Source: Psammoneis japonica (Eukaryota). From it: DNA of 64,000 bases. The number at the start of each line of letters is the position of its first letter. Position 1 is the stretch's first letter. The notes under the pieces were generated by a model. It saw only the letters and a program-made list of their open reading frames with translations. It did no database searches and was not told where the DNA came from. Location: assembly GCA_008632985.1 (NCBI GenBank), contig QPGO01000034.1:387311-451310 (forward strand). The letters run 5' to 3'. A program made the translations under genes and the position numbers. Of the stretch, positions 25,118 to 36,533 are shown piece after piece.

Positions 25118-27319
25118 TCACTCCCCAGCGTTGTGGGCTTCAAGAACCTGGAGGGCCTCGGTTATTTTAGAGTTCAAGGCTTCGGGACTCTCGAGCAAAT
25201 GTAGCAACTCGGAGTTGTCCATCTCAAGAAGCATTCCGGTAATCTTTCCGGCCAATTCTGGTTGCGACTGATGAATGAGCGGGTAGAGGCGTTCGCCAAT
25301 CATATTCTTTTGCATTTCAGGACTGGCAGATGCGAGCGCAGACGCCGTCAATGCACCTTCAGCTGCAACAGGTTGTGCTTGAGGGGCGGGTGCTCCTTGC
25401 ATAGGCGCTTGCGAACCGCCGGCGTTGCGGGCTTGTTGGTTGAACTTGATTGGCTGCTGTCCCCCGGAGCCTCGGCCTTGTTGCATTGGAGCACCACGTC
25501 CACCACCGCGCCCACTTCGGCCTGGACCCCCAGGCACACGGCCACTACGACCGCCTTGTTGGGGCATAACACCATATCCAGGCATCGGATAACCTCCGCG
25601 ACCTTGCTGGCCAGACATCATGGGGTACATACCGCGCGGCTGTTGCCCCGCGCCACGGCCTCCGGGACCTCCCATCATCTGCGGCATCATTGGATATGCA
25701 GGTTGCATTGAGCCACCGGGGCCGGGTCGCTGCATGTACATGGGCATTCCACCAGGGTATCCCATGGGCGCTCCCATCGGACCGCCACGCATCATTCCTG
25801 GCTGTCCAGGGCCACCAGCTGGGCCACCGCGGTTGGCGTGCTGGGCCTCGAGCTGGGCGCGGCGAACCTCTCTTCGTTGGGCGAGCGCCACAAAGATTGG
25901 CTTGTTGGCAATAAGCTTGCCATTCATCTCGTTGACAGCTCGTGTCGCTTCTTCAGGGGAAGAGAAGCACACGAAACCGAATCCTCGAGATCGGCCGTCC
26001 TTCATATCCTTCATAATACGGGCAGATGTGATCGTACCCATTGCGGAAAACTCATTGCGAAGAATGTCATCGGTGACAGAGTCGTCAAGATTCTTCACGT
26101 AAAGATTAACTCCTTGGAACTTGGAGATACGTTCCATCTTCTCGGCGTCAAACTTGGCTCGAAGTTCGCGTTCCCGATCAATCTTCTTCTGGGCGCGTCC
26201 TACAAAAAGCTCCTGTGTGATTTCCTCACCGTCCACGGTGGTTTTTACCTCTTTTCCGTTCAGCTGTTCAATTGCGGCAACGGCAGCATCGTGCTCAGCA
26301 AAGTTGACGAACCCAAAGCCAAGAGATTCAATCTTTTGTGGCTCTTCGTCTTCGTTCTTTTCCGTTTCGCCGTCTTCCTTTTTCTTCGTTGCTTCTTCCT
26401 TGTCTTCGTCTTCCGGCTTCCCTTCTTTCTTCTTGTCTTCTCCAGTGGCGTCTTCCTCCTTCTTTCCTTCCTCTTCTGCATCTTCTTTCTTCTCGTCCGC
26501 TTTTTCATCTTCTGGTTTCTTCCTGGGGAACTTCTTACGAACTCCCGTCGTGATAGTCGCGCTTAGGATCTCTCCGAACTGGGAGAACTCTTCCTTGAGC
26601 TTTTCATCATCCCACTCATATGGGATATTCTTGATGAATACGTTAGTCCACTCATTTACACCGGGACGTTCGTTGCGACGCATAAAGTGTCCGACCTGGA
26701 CTTCCTGCCCATCGATCAGCATACCGTCGAGCTTCTCAATAGCAGCCTTGGCGGAATCGGCAGTTTCATAGTGGACATAGCCGTATCCCTTCGACTTTCC
26801 GGTTTCCCTGTCAGTAACAACCTTGCAGGAAAGAATGTTTCCAAAGAGACTGAATGTGTCGTAGAGTTGCTTGTTGTCAATCGACTCGTGAAGGTTCTTG
26901 ACAAAGATGTTTCCGATTCCAGAACGACGAAGGGAGGGGTCGCGCTGACTCCACATGATCCTGCACGGCTTGCCTTTGATCATGGTGTAGTTCATGGTTT
27001 CGAGAGCGCGCTCGGCATCAGGAAGCTGATGGAAGTTCACGTACGCATAGCCGAGAGAGCGACGCGTGATGGAGTCACGACAAACGCGAATGGACGCAAC
27101 AGGTCCGACAGCGTTGAAGATCTCAAATAAGAGACCCTCATTCACATCCGGGGCAAGATCTCCCACATAGAGAGACGCGGAGTGGAAAGGCTGGGCCTCT
27201 CCTCCACCAGTGGGGGGACCTCCCTGGTAGGGAGCAGAGTTGGTCGTAGCTGGAGCTTCGGGTGCAGCGCCGGGTTCGGCAGCTGGAGCAGGTTCAGGAA
27301 CGGTGGCAGGGGCGGACAT
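25118..27319 (-). CDS. PABP: Cytoplasmic poly(A)-binding protein (4 RRM + MLLE)
   Basis: SLYVGDL, RSLGYAYVNF, NIFVKNL, GVNLYVKNL; MLLE domain KNMIGERLYPLI...AGKITGMLLEMD. Uninterrupted 733-aa ORF. Confidence 0.98.
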   Translation of the reverse strand: MSAPATVPEPAPAAEPGAAPEAPATTNSAPYQGGPPTGGGEAQPFHSASLYVGDLAPDVNEGLLFEIFNAVGPVASIRVCRDSITRRSLGYAYVNFHQLPDAERALETMNYTMIKGKPCRIMWSQRDPSLRRSGIGNIFVKNLHESIDNKQLYDTFSLFGNILSCKVVTDRETGKSKGYGYVHYETADSAKAAIEKLDGMLIDGQEVQVGHFMRRNERPGVNEWTNVFIKNIPYEWDDEKLKEEFSQFGEILSATITTGVRKKFPRKKPEDEKADEKKEDAEEEGKKEEDATGEDKKKEGKPEDEDKEEATKKKEDGETEKNEDEEPQKIESLGFGFVNFAEHDAAVAAIEQLNGKEVKTTVDGEEITQELFVGRAQKKIDRERELRAKFDAEKMERISKFQGVNLYVKNLDDSVTDDILRNEFSAMGTITSARIMKDMKDGRSRGFGFVCFSSPEEATRAVNEMNGKLIANKPIFVALAQRREVRRAQLEAQHANRGGPAGGPGQPGMMRGGPMGAPMGYPGGMPMYMQRPGPGGSMQPAYPMMPQMMGGPGGRGAGQQPRGMYPMMSGQQGRGGYPMPGYGVMPQQGGRSGRVPGGPGRSGRGGGRGAPMQQGRGSGGQQPIKFNQQARNAGGSQAPMQGAPAPQAQPVAAEGALTASALASASPEMQKNMIGERLYPLIHQSQPELAGKITGMLLEMDNSELLHLLESPEALNSKITEALQVLEAHNAGE

Positions 27320-28743
27320 GTTGATACTCTGATAGTTTGATTCTTTTTCTTTTCGTGTTGTTATGCTTTGTTTGTCTTGGTAGAAAGTGTTGATTGGCTT
27401 TTTCGACTTAAATTTCTGGTGGTCTGCAGTTGCTTTAGCTGAAAAAGTGAACTGGTCTTATAACAATGTAGAGCAGTAGAACGGTCTACTGAGAAGGCTT
27501 TCTGTGGCAAAAGCACAAAATGGGACAGGAATTGGATTAGAACCTCAAACGCAAGGGGGTTGAGAAGGTAAGATGGATGGAGGGGAGCAAAAGAGTTATT
27601 CGCAGTTTCACGCCGTGTTTGCGTCGCGGTGAATCCCGGCCGCACATTACTTCGTTTCGTTGAACTCCCGCCGACCAAACGTGTACACCATGATTCCACG
27701 AATGAAACTGAACCGGTACTTTAATTCGCGGAAAGTGGTCATGAAAAGGAATTTTGAAGAGGGCAAAATCATGTTGCATCCGCGCGTACGAGGAGCCCGT
27801 AGCGGAAATTAGTACTAAGGGTTACGTAGCTTCTACGTGAACGAGCGACAGAAAACAATCAACCAATGCGATAACGACTCGACTCCTCGTGCTCCATTTT
27901 TCAAACAATTTCCCGTCGACATCACATCGACTGAAACCAAGAATGGCGATCATTTGGGAACGTACATTTTTATGGTTTTTGGTGGTCGCAGGGGCGGCTC
28001 GTCTTTCTCGTCCTCTCCAACTAGCGTAAGCTGGTGAACAGGCTCTTTTTTCTTTTTTCTTTTTTGTGCGGAGTTTTGTGGTGGCAAAAGCTTGCGCCAG
28101 AGGGTGGTCGCGCGTCCATCCCGCGCCCTTGCTGGCCTCCCGCGGCCCCGGACAGACGGGTGAGACGACAGTCGGGCCGCCGGGCTGGGTGACCACTTTC
28201 AAAATGATGGAAGTCGCAAGCGGTCTTTGCACATGAAACATTTCTTTAGTGTGTGTGGGTGTTGTGCTGTTTTGGGATGTCTTTTTGACTTCTCTCTGCA
28301 TTGATCATTGGTGTGGTTGTTTTGGCTGGAGTGGTTGGCTGTCACCCACAGCTGATTTTCCTTTTTTCTCACTCCTTTGGGGGCACTGGGATTTGGAATC
28401 AGGATGTTGTGTTGTCATTTGTTTTTGCAGCAAATTCCTGGTGTTCTGAGAAAGAACATGCCAAAGGTTGCACACTGCCGTTGTCATTTTTTGGGATGGG
28501 GTGCCAGTGTCTCCTTTTCCTGGCTGGCTGGCCAGCATCAACCCCAGCCCCTTTTCTTTTTGGGGGGTCGTGTTCGTCGATGGTGCTGGGGAGCCAGCTT
28601 CAGCACCACACACTGTGCCCTCATGCACTTGCCCAGCTCTCAATGCAAATGTGGCACACAACAAAGTGAGAAGCTTGCAAAATGTTGTTCTCGTGCGATT
28701 TGCTGTTTTTTTTTTGGGGCATGGCAAAGCTTTTTTCTTTTCT

Positions 28744-28780
<37 letters not shown>

Positions 28781-29306
28781 CGAATGAACAAAATTGGTGA
28801 AGCCAGTTTTTCATCAAATGTGACTGACAAGAATGCAAGCAGCCAAGGTGGGAGCCACCAGCTCTCTCTCCTCTCTCCTCTCTGGCTTTGCGCAAAGCTT
28901 TCAGTTTTCAACAACCAGCAACTGACAGCACACAATTGGTGCAAAAATGACAGCCACAAAAATCAAATGATGCACAAAAAAACTCACCCCCCACCACAAA
29001 AAACTGTGACTGACACGCCTCATCACTCCCTGCTGAAAGAGCTGTTTTGTGCTTCTTTTCACAAGCAGAGCATGCTCCCAAATGTTTTTGTGGCTGCCAC
29101 CATTTGTCAAGCTGGAAATCTGAGTCCTCAGCTGAGGAGATGCAAGAGCTAGAGCAGGTGTGGGAAAGCCATGAAATGGGTGCAGCAACCTGCCTGCATG
29201 GTGCTGCAAGCCTGGGCACCTTCTCTCACACATGCTGGCACTGGCACGCCACTCAACTTTGTGTGCATGTTTGTGTGTGAGTGAGGAAATGTGCACACTG
29301 TCCTCT

Positions 29307-29545
29307 TGTTGGAACATTGGGGTGCAAGGCAATTTTTGCAGGACAGACAATGCTGCAGTGTGATCATTGATGATGTGGTGAATTTGCATTTGCAGCTCTT
29401 GTTGAGTTGTGGGTCTTGCACTCACATTTTAGCTTCAGCACCTGGCTGACATGGCAACAGTGGAGATGGCGCAACAGAAATGTGTTTGCAATCCACATGG
29501 CAAGTTGTTCAGGGATTGGGGAGACTGAGTGCACGCCAGTTGGCA
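29307..29545 (+). repeat. 5' LTR
   Basis: tgttggaacattggggtgc...gccagttggca aligns with 30813-31061. Confidence 0.8.
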
Positions 29546-30812
29546 AGCCATGAAATCCCAGTGCAGAAGCCAAAAATGCTGGCTGGGAAGTCATCAAAAG
29601 AATCCAAAGGTGCAACTCATGTCAGTGGATTGTGGTGGCAAACACGCCAGCTGGATCAAGACAAAAAGACAATCTCTGGAGGGCCTTGCTGTGAGGAAGC
29701 TGTCAAGGGTCTGCCAAAAAAGGGCATGACAGCAAGGTTGTGTCAGACTGGTGGAAACATGGACAAGAAACAAGCACAAAATGCAACTGAGCACAGAAGC
29801 ATGAAAGATTTGAAGGAGTGGGTGTGTGACACCATTGCAGAGTCAGGTCAACAAGCAGACAGTTGCACATGGAGACCATGAGAAAAACAGCTGAGAGTGT
29901 CAGAAGAATGTTTGGACTGGCAGAGATGCAGGTGCTGGTTTCTCCAAGGTGGGAGAACAAGCTGAAGGAGCTGGAATGTCCATTGGGTGATGCCACAATG
30001 GAGAAGGACAAGGCAGTCTGGGGGAAGCAACAATGTGGTCACTGTGTGAAGCAGGATGTGATCTACAAAATGCAGAAAGTGAGTGCATTTGGCATGATTT
30101 GTGGGACAGTGCATGAAAGCCATCCATCACAAGATTGAAGGACAGATGAAGTTTGAGAGGGTTGCAAAGGAGTGAGACATGGTGGTGCCATTGGAGCTCT
30201 CAAGTCAATCTTGTTTGATGCAAACAAAAGAGCCCCCACTGGCATGTCCAAGCAGCTGGGCTTAGAAGCAGTTGTTGCTCATTCACCAGGATGAAGGAGA
30301 GGTGCTCCACAAGATTGTTGCAATCCATTCATGATGAGCATTGCCAAGATGGCAGAAGGGTCCTGTGGCAGACTCGTCCAGGAAAAAGTTGCCAAAAAAA
30401 AGATGGGTTCTTCAGCAAGGATGCTGATGATGCCCGGAAGAAAGAAAGAAAGAAGCTGTTGGCAGCACTGCCAATGGAAGGTGCCAAGGAACATTGGCGT
30501 GTCTTGAAAGATCTGCACAGGTGTTGGACACATGCTGGTTCAACAAGAAACACGAGGGTGTGAACTTTGGGCAAAGCAAGAAGAAGCAGATCAAATGCTG
30601 GAAATGTGACAAGGTTGGGCATGTGAAACAGGATTGTTTGTTGCTCAATGACAATGATGATGATTGTTCATCAGTGGATTTGGGTGACACAGGCCACAGG
30701 AATTGGTGGAGTGCAGTTGAAGTGGCAAACTGGATGGCACAGTTTCCAAGTGTCATCCTCCTGTTGCCAGCATGCACAAGGTCAATCAATTGATTGCTTG
30801 TGCAAAGGAGTG

Positions 30813-31061
30813 TGTTGGAACATTGGGGTGCCATGCAGTTCTCACAGGACAGACAATGTTTCAGCAAAGGATGCACTGATGATTGTTGATGATGATGTGG
30901 TGAATTTGTGCACACAGCTCTTTTTGAGTTGTGGGTCTTGTGCTCACTTTTTGGCTCTGCACCCAGTTGACATGGCAACAGTGGCAATGGAAATGGAAAT
31001 GTGCTTGCAATCCATGGAGTGAATTTGGGGATCAGTGAGACCAAGCATGTGCCAGCCAACA
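30813..31061 (+). repeat. 3' LTR
   Basis: tgttggaacattggggtgc...gccagccaaca; has TGTTGG/CCAACA terminal inverted hexamers. Confidence 0.82.
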
Positions 31062-33179
31062 AACTGTGAACCCCCAACACCTCTTGAGTGGAGAATGGGT
31101 GCTGGCAGCCATTTTTTGATCATGATGTTGTTGTTGTCACTTGTTGCATTTTTAGAACATTGTCAAAAACTTTCCTTTCTCCCATGGATTGGCTTTTTTG
31201 ACATTGCCAGCTTGTTCCAGTGCCCCAGGTGAAACACACTCAACTCAGAGATGATTTTCTCATTTGCAGCACTCATGTTCAAGATCATTGTTGTCCACAA
31301 TGTTGCACCCCACAACACAGCCAAACAGCACAACACCAATGCTGGCACAAATCTTGAACTTTCACACCTTGTGTCAAAACAAAAACAGTGCCGTTGGAAC
31401 CACAGAATTTTGTTTCTTGATGCATGGGCACTGTCTCTCATTTTACATTCAGAAGTGCATGTGGGTGCCAGGCTTGTGGGTGGCTTCAACAACTTTCAAG
31501 TGCAAAGTTCTTTTGCACCCCAGTTGGTCAATCAACACATGGCACCATCACATCAGACACATCTGAAAAATGTTGCATGGATCCAATCAACTCAGCCATC
31601 CACATGATCGCCAACTTTGTGCAGGGTGCACAACAAGGCAGAAAAGTCCTTTGAGGGTGCAATGGCTCCATTGTTTTAACAAGAGCTGCACAGAGCTTTT
31701 CTGCTTCCTTTGGAACACACATGTCATGCTCACTTTGTGTTGTTGGCTGGCGCCACTTCTGCTGGTGTTGCAAAGTTGTGACAAGTTGTCAAAACAAAGC
31801 CACATGTGCAGCCACAGCAAGCCATGGTGACTTTTGTGTAAAAAATGCACACAGCTCTCCACACAAAGTTCTGAGCACTGACCAGCATGTGAAGCTCATT
31901 TTTACATGTTCAAAGGCACGAACAATTTCATCACTGGCTTCAACAAAGCACTCTGTGTGTTGGGAAAAATGCTGCTGACAAATTCATCGCATGATGTGCA
32001 AGCACCCACCAACAAAAACTTGTTCACTTGGCTGGAAGGTTTCATCAGCTTGTTGGATCATGAGGATGAACAAAACTTCACTTTCAAGATCAACAACTCT
32101 TTGTGTTGTGGTTGAAGTTCCTCTCCTCTGCTGGAACAAAAACAAGGCCCAAAGAAATTGAGTGCTTTCCAACACAGAGAAGAGGGCCTTGCCTGTGATG
32201 GAGCATGTGCTCATGTTCTTTGTGCAACAATCATTTTTGACGGAGGAGATCCAACCCCAACATGGAGAGTGTGCAAAACATCTGTCTTTGAGCACTTTTG
32301 TTTCATGTGGGTCTGGGGCAAGCCGTCTGCCAGCATTGTGCAACCCCCCGCCCCCTCCCAAGCTGTGTGTGTTGTGCCACAATCCAACAGCCAACACAGC
32401 TCTGGCAAAAGCTGGACAAGTCAAGTTTTTTCACTTTCAGAGTGTCCCAAGCCTGCAACCTCTGTTGTTGAGACACATCTGGCTGAACATGCAGCAGGAA
32501 GACAACGGTGGCAGCCTGTGTCATCTCATGAAGTTGAGCTCCAAAATCATTCTTCTGCAAATCCCAAAGAGTTGTCTTCTGTCTCTCAGAGCTTTTGGAG
32601 TGTCTCACTGGGATTGATGGCTAATCTCAGAACTGCTGGAGATGTCCACTTGGACAGCGATGCACTGTCCTTCTGGGAACGGAAGCGTGCAACCGTGGTG
32701 TCTGTCCGTCTTGCTTCCGCAATCGCGTTTTACGCCACGTGGCCCAACTGGATGAATTTGGGCAATGAGAGTTCAAGCTACAGCACCGGTACTTTCTCTA
32801 AGTAGATAGTTTTTAGAGTAACAAGTTTGAAAGCGACTAAAGCAGAGTACAGAGATCTCTTTTTACAGAGAGAATTAGCCGTATAGAATCGATAGATCTC
32901 TCTGGTTTGATGAAGATACGGACACAACAGCAGACGAGATCGATCGAGACTTAGAGAGCTGTAGAAACGAAAAGATGCTCCAAAACAGACTAGCCAACAT
33001 GGAAGTTCACGAGGATGGCGTGAGGAGCTAAGCTTGGCACGATAATCATTGATTTATCACGTGACAAACGTCCAACATCAGCCAGGACAAAAAATGCAAC
33101 TCTTCATCATCAACCCTGTCTAGAGTTTGCCATGATACTGTAAAGTCATGTAAAAACACAGTGCAATGACGGCAGCTCG

Positions 33180-34438
33180 TCATATACTCAATACCTTGAG
33201 CTTTCCATTCGCAAGGGTTTCCTCGACAGGGTGTTCAGTTTCCTCAGTTTCATCTATTCCGTTCTTTTCTTTCCACTTTCGAAGTCTTTCTTTTCTTTTC
33301 TCGGCAGGCAAGCAACACTTTTTATATCGCAGACCACTTCCACAGTTACAAAAATCATTTGGCTTCAAGCCACGATTCCGTGATTTCTTTCCTGGTTTAC
33401 CCGTATCAGGTGGAGTATCAACATCCATATCTTCACTCGCTGCTTTATCGCCGATACGCTGCTGATTTTCTTGCATTCCACTTTCTCTATTGCATCTACG
33501 AGTATCAGATCTAGTCGTTGGCGTTTCGCTGTTATCACGAACTGAGTTATAGTGATCATTGTCATGGTAAGATAGCAACATGTCAGGCCCGGACGATTCG
33601 TCTGACCCGTGCTCAATGGTGAATGCAGCAGCAGCAGAGAAAACTGTTATGTTTCGTCTTGGATGACAGAAACAAAAAGGATTACAACGCATGTGAGTGA
33701 CCGGACACTGCAACCAAAGAAATATGAAGTAGAACCACGAACTACTGGATGCTCACCGATAGAGGCGTGCCGCAGCAACGAGCTCGACATTGCCACCCCA
33801 TTCACCGTCTTCTCTCATCCCAGCACAATATTCCTCAAAGTTCGCCGCATCCTCGTCTTCTTCAGATTCATCTAGAACAAGAAACACTGCAAATTGATCT
33901 TCATTGTTCTCAATGAAATCACACACGTCACTTCGAACTGTTTCATAGTGCACTTTTCCATAGTCGTTGTATAATTGGTCCGACAAAGAGCGGAAAAGAC
34001 AGTTGCCGTCAGCAGGTATTTCAATGATGGTACGACACCCTCCTTCTGTAAAGGTTTGGCAAGAAGTCAGGCACAATGATAGTTAAAACAATACCGATTG
34101 TAAAGAATTCATCGAATCAATCAATATTAATGTTGAAAGTGAAATCGAGGAAACTTCGTCCGTCGATGGCTAAAACAATACCATATCGGTAGAAAAGCAT
34201 GAAGGGACACTCCATGGACTGTGCCAGCCTCCTCGACCACCCTTTGCGTACCTTCAACTGTCTGACGCAATTCATCGTCATCGGCCACAGTGTCAAAACT
34301 ACGGCTGCCCTTCTTTTGTCCATTCAGTCGCTTGGAACGTCGTTTCCCGCCCCCATTCGCAGCTGCTGCAGACGTGTTCCCATTCAGCTTCGAGCAACTA
34401 TTCTTGCTGCGCTTGTTCTTCTTAGATTTCTTCCCCAT
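33180..34438 (-). CDS. OTU-domain deubiquitinase with C-terminal SEC-C motif (3 exons)
   Basis: OTU motifs DGNCLFRSLSDQ, GEWGG and LSYHDNDHYNSV; SEC-C motif PNDFCNCGSGLRYKKCC. Donors near 34251 and 33756. Confidence 0.9.
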
Positions 34439-34818
34439 AGTTCCTCCAGGATGCACAGCGCACTCAACACATCAAAGGCTGTTTCCCTTAGCTGAAGAAC
34501 CCCCATTCATTAAAAGAAGGAAAAGGGAGGCGGGTTGTTATGACTTTCGTTGCGCCTGCTATATATCATCGGTTCTCGGTTCTCGTGCTTTCGCGAGCGC
34601 GATGTGACCGCGTGCGAACAGCGAATTATGCCTGTCAGGTCCAACCTCGATGTCCATGCCAAAAGACACTGTAGTCCCTACTAAAAATGGACGCTGGTGT
34701 TGCACAATCCAAAGCAGCCTTGACAAAAGAGAGTAGAGCTACCGTTTTGACCTTTAGGGTTCTTCTTTAGCTAAAGTACCAGACAGTATGGTACTACCGT
34801 GACGACTCAAGCGTTGAT

Positions 34819-35959
34819 TCAACATACGTAGTTTCTGAACAATTCTTGACCAGTCCAAAAATCAACTTTCAAATCATTAATGTCATTTCCGTCTCTCCTC
34901 TTCAGGACTGCACCTTTCATATGTTCCCATATGTCGTCATTCCCCCTGTCCTTTGGTATTTTTGTTGCATCTACTATACATTGACACGCGATAGATAGAG
35001 CTTCGTCGCATCGCATGTCCGACAAGCAGCCGCGGATACGTTCGTTCGTCAATACTTGCTTTTCTTCTCTATTGTCGTCTGCATCTCTCTCCAAAATCAA
35101 TCGAAGCAGAAGTGATTCAGCAAATACAGCACCTCGACCTATGGCTGCAGCGTCGCAATCCCAGAACTGCCCTGTCGGATCGACACGCCAAATGGAAAAC
35201 TTGTTGCTCTCCTTCGGACCAACAATAAACGCCGAGCTCTACTAGGTTGAGAAGCAATACATTATTTCGAACCGATTGAGGCATAAAAACAGACGAGAGC
35301 CACGAGATCATTAAAGCCATAGTTATGGCACGTACCTCAAGCATTTTTCCTCCAACGGTTTGGGTTGCCTCCTGCAAAGTGTCTGCCACTCGTCGAGCGA
35401 GAGAAGCACTGGATATCCAGGGTGTCAACAGTCCTTGTCCACCATCATTTGACGCATGCATCGATTCGGCTATTTTAAGAATCCGGTGTCTCAGGATAGA
35501 TGAATGGATAGAGTTTCCTCCGGTAGCGATACAAACCCCAGAAAAGCATGGGAATGGAGCAGAGTCGTCGTCGTCTCCCACCAACCAAAGTGATGCGCTT
35601 CCTTCATCCGTATTATTTCCTTCTTTCGCTTGCTCGTCTTTAGAAAATGCTAAGGTATGTAAATGAGGAGATACAGTAGACGTTGACACCATAGCCACCC
35701 CATCTCGACAACATATTGCGACCGCGAGATGTGACGATCTATCGCTTGCAGAACTGGCGGCCTTGACGGTTCGTTCGACGGAATACAAACGACCACCTGG
35801 AGCAAACTGTGTAGGAGGTCGATCTTCCCAATTCTTCTCGTCCAAAACATTCGATTGAGCTGACTGCCACGGAGCCGCACTCGAGCAAGCCACATGGCAT
35901 GTACGGCAGACAAGCAACAGGAATCCCGTCCCAACCAGAAACACAAATCGGCTTGTCAT
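34819..35959 (-). CDS. Divergent 20S proteasome alpha-type subunit with N-terminal signal peptide (intron about 35240-35335)
   Basis: TQFAPGGRLYSVE resembles the alpha-subunit TTFSPEGRLFQVE motif; also AVAICCRDGV, LARRVADTLQEATQ and, in exon 2, IWRVDPTGQFWDCDAAAIGRG. Hydrophobic N-terminus. Confidence 0.75.
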
Positions 35960-36533
35960 GTTGAAAAAGAAGTCTTACAAACCGTAATCTTGGCAACGGA
36001 AACAAAATGGTCCGGTCTTGATCACACCACAGCATACCATACCTTGGCTATGGTATGCGATGAGCAATTCAAAACAAGTCGTCTAAACAAGCCGCATTCA
36101 TTCAGCATGGCCGCCGATGGCCGATGGCCGATGGCCGCCGTCATCATCGCATTGATCCGATGAAACGTCTGGCGGACGGACGGACGGGCATCAACCGTAT
36201 GTCGTCGTACGTCGATAGCGCGAGTACCGTACAGTATGTACGTAGCGCAGGACCAACAAGCAACCCGGAAATCACCGATGACGACGACTCTCCTCTTCGA
36301 AGCATAAATCTCGGTAAGGTTATCTCTTTCACATCAATCTGAATGCTGGTAGAAGTACTTTTACAATGGACTCGTAGCGCCAGGCCCTGACGTTTCCCTC
36401 GGGGATGTCTCATCATCCAAATGTCATCGTAGCTTGGTGCGTGTAACATTTTTTAACGTCTAGTGCAAATTTTCAATCGCCAATGGATTTTTATGTTGGT
36501 TAATCGTTTACCTGGGTACTTTTTGTCGCATCC

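Larger units (their letters stand above)
29307..31061 (+). mobile_element. Degenerate Ty1/copia (CoDi-like) LTR element with gag remnant only and no recognisable pol
   Basis: Two ~240-250 bp direct repeats, both starting TGTTGG. A purine-rich AAAGGAGTG lies just before the 3' repeat. Zinc knuckle CWKCDKVGHVKQDC at 30596-30637. No target-site duplication seen. Confidence 0.8.
28250..32620. other. TpA/CpG-depleted transposon-derived block
   Basis: Same compositional signature as block 1-7130. Contains the LTR element listed below and a (CT)n run near 28745-28777. Confidence 0.8.

Noticed and set aside
29546..29562. Primer-binding site of the LTR element
   Set aside because: agccatgaaatcccag is in the right position but too degenerate to assign to a tRNA.
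36107..36140. (GGCCGAT)n heptamer repeat as a regulatory element; likewise (GCGATCT)n near 41483 and (CGCT)n near 57800
   Set aside because: Very short simple repeats with no independent evidence of function.
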